Positions 16,815 to 18,211 of a DNA stretch of 18,211 nt are shown piece by piece (position 1 is the stretch's first letter; the number at the start of each line of letters is the position of its first letter). The stretch is from Fidelibacterota bacterium (GTDB lineage Bacteria; Fidelibacterota; Marinisomatia; Marinisomatales; TCS55). The translations under genes were made by a program, and so were the position numbers. Below the pieces are notes generated by a model. The model was not told the DNA's origin. It saw nothing but the letters and a program-made list of their open reading frames with translations, and ran no database searches. The stretch lies in contig JBHHTW010000038.1 in assembly GCA_046861385.1 (NCBI GenBank), forward strand, positions 1 through 18,211, given 5' to 3'.

Positions 16815-17360
16815 TTATTCCTCTTCGAAATCCGCATAGTTTGGTATGGGCGGAATTCCCATAAGAATATCTGCAAAATCTTCTTCTAATGAATGGATTG
16901 GTGACTCAATAATTCTCCCAATTTCATTTTTATTTTTATAAACAATCAATGTAGGTACATGATGAATATTTTTTCCGATTTCCTCTTTTCCCGGACTTTG
17001 TTTATTTCGATTTAAACTGACAATTATAAAGTTATTTTCGTCGAAATCCAAATAGTCTAAAATTTTATATATTCTGGGTACTTCCCTGCGGCTGTCACTG
17101 CACCAAGTTCCCATAAAACATTCAAGAGTTATTAAAGTATCTGAGTTATTTATTGTGGACAGGATTTCTTCTTCTACTTCATAGTTCACATATTCTTCAT
17201 TAAACCATTCATTAAAATGCTCACTTGCTGTGTAGTCACTTCGGTGACTTAATCCAATGAGCATGGGGTTTCCTGTTTTCTCGTCCGTTAATATCTGGGG
17301 AGATTGGGCAAAACTGATTCCTATTAAAGTGAGTAATAATATGGATATTTTTTTCATCAT
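16815..17360 (-). CDS. Exported thioredoxin-family protein with CxxS motif
   Basis: Signal peptide MMKKISILLLTLIGISFA; FMGTWCSDSRREVP; VPTLIV; EIGRIIESP. Confidence 0.9.
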   Translation of the reverse strand: MMKKISILLLTLIGISFAQSPQILTDEKTGNPMLIGLSHRSDYTASEHFNEWFNEEYVNYEVEEEILSTINNSDTLITLECFMGTWCSDSRREVPRIYKILDYLDFDENNFIIVSLNRNKQSPGKEEIGKNIHHVPTLIVYKNKNEIGRIIESPIHSLEEDFADILMGIPPIPNYADFEEE

Positions 17361-18034
17361 TAGGTAAATATGGTTTGTTGTTTTTGTTCAATCAAAGATG
17401 GTTCATTATTTTTAGGTGTATTTACTCGAGTGGAAACTGGATATAGTGTCATTTCTTTATGATTGTATGGCTTAAGCAATTGGAGTAAATCGTCTATGGG
17501 TTCACCAGAAATCCACAATTTTTCCGATTCATGAGGAAGTATGGCAGGCATTCGGTTATGAATGGGCCGGATGAGTTGATTTGGCGGGACAGTAATAATT
17601 GTAAAAGATTTTATCACGCTCCCATCTGGAGCCTTCCACTCTTCCCACAACCCGGCAAATGCAAAAAGGTTTTCATCAGTTAATGTGATGCGATAAGGCT
17701 GTTTTCCTGCCTGGTGACGCCGCCACTCGTAAAATCCGTCTGATAACACTAAACAGCGTCTATTTTGTGCAGCATCCTGGAATGATGGCTTTTCCTGAAT
17801 GGTTTCAGCCCGTGCATTGATGAGTTTATTCCCAAACCGCTCGTCTTTGGCCCAACTGGGAATTAATCCCCAACGATGAAAGGAAGCTTGATCCGGTTTG
17901 TCATCGGTAATAATAGGCAATATTTGACTAGGGGCAGCGTTGTAAGTTTTTGTGAAATAAGTTGGGTTAATGTTAATTTCGAAACGTTTTTCGATTTTTT
18001 CCCTGTCTTTGGTGAGTGTAAACCTTCCGCACAT
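17360..18034 (-). CDS. SOS response-associated peptidase (SRAP/YedK/HMCES), abasic-site protection
   Basis: MCGRF N-terminus with catalytic Cys2, YNAAP, WGLIPSW, INARAET, DGFYEW, IHNRMP. Confidence 0.96.
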   Translation of the reverse strand: MCGRFTLTKDREKIEKRFEININPTYFTKTYNAAPSQILPIITDDKPDQASFHRWGLIPSWAKDERFGNKLINARAETIQEKPSFQDAAQNRRCLVLSDGFYEWRRHQAGKQPYRITLTDENLFAFAGLWEEWKAPDGSVIKSFTIITVPPNQLIRPIHNRMPAILPHESEKLWISGEPIDDLLQLLKPYNHKEMTLYPVSTRVNTPKNNEPSLIEQKQQTIFT

Positions 18035-18211
18035 AGTGGAATTTATGTCATTTATTCGATTTATATATGAGAAACCATTTCGTCCAAACTAAAATAACGA
18101 ATTTCAAATTGCAGCATTTTAACGAATTGGTTTCGGGATTTAATGTGGTTAAAATACTACAATGCCATTCTCATATTGGCTATTCTACCGATGATAGATG
18201 TAGTACGCAGG

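Noticed and set aside
1236..18070. Numerous short plus-strand ORFs in the track, and nested minus ORFs 6069..6254 and 15384..15599
   Set aside because: They lie antisense to or within well-supported genes and have no recognisable motifs.
18143..18211. Possible start of a divergent plus-strand gene (MWLKYYNAILILAILPMIDVVRR...)
   Set aside because: Only 23 codons are visible at the edge and another frame is also open; cannot be supported without flanking sequence.

Overview
AT-rich bacterial chromosomal segment with almost every gene on the minus strand. It looks like a diderm FCB-superphylum-type organism, possibly Marinimicrobia-like; this is inference only. In transcription order (right to left): SRAP/YedK protein, secreted CxxS thioredoxin, Arg/Asp-repeat microprotein, acyl-CoA thioesterase and FAD/Fe-S (D-lactate-type) dehydrogenase. 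Next is a tightly coupled five-gene envelope cluster: FecR+beta-barrel protein, an unannotated 50-aa membrane peptide, a SelW/Rdx selenoprotein (in-frame UGA plus SECIS-like hairpin) and two hypotheticals. Then a hairpin-dense spacer, tRNA-Ala(CGC), large Alu-domain SRP RNA, the housekeeping run dnaX-ybaB-recR-pgsA-pgpA-cinA-thpR-recA-recX, a small membrane protein and the 5' part of a type III-like Mod DNA methyltransferase. The most unusual non-coding signal is a family of tiny GC-rich palindromic inserts (21 and 42 bp, CCTGCC/GGCAGG ends). Each sits inside another repeat (heptamer arrays or a REP-like hairpin), and removing it restores the host repeat.
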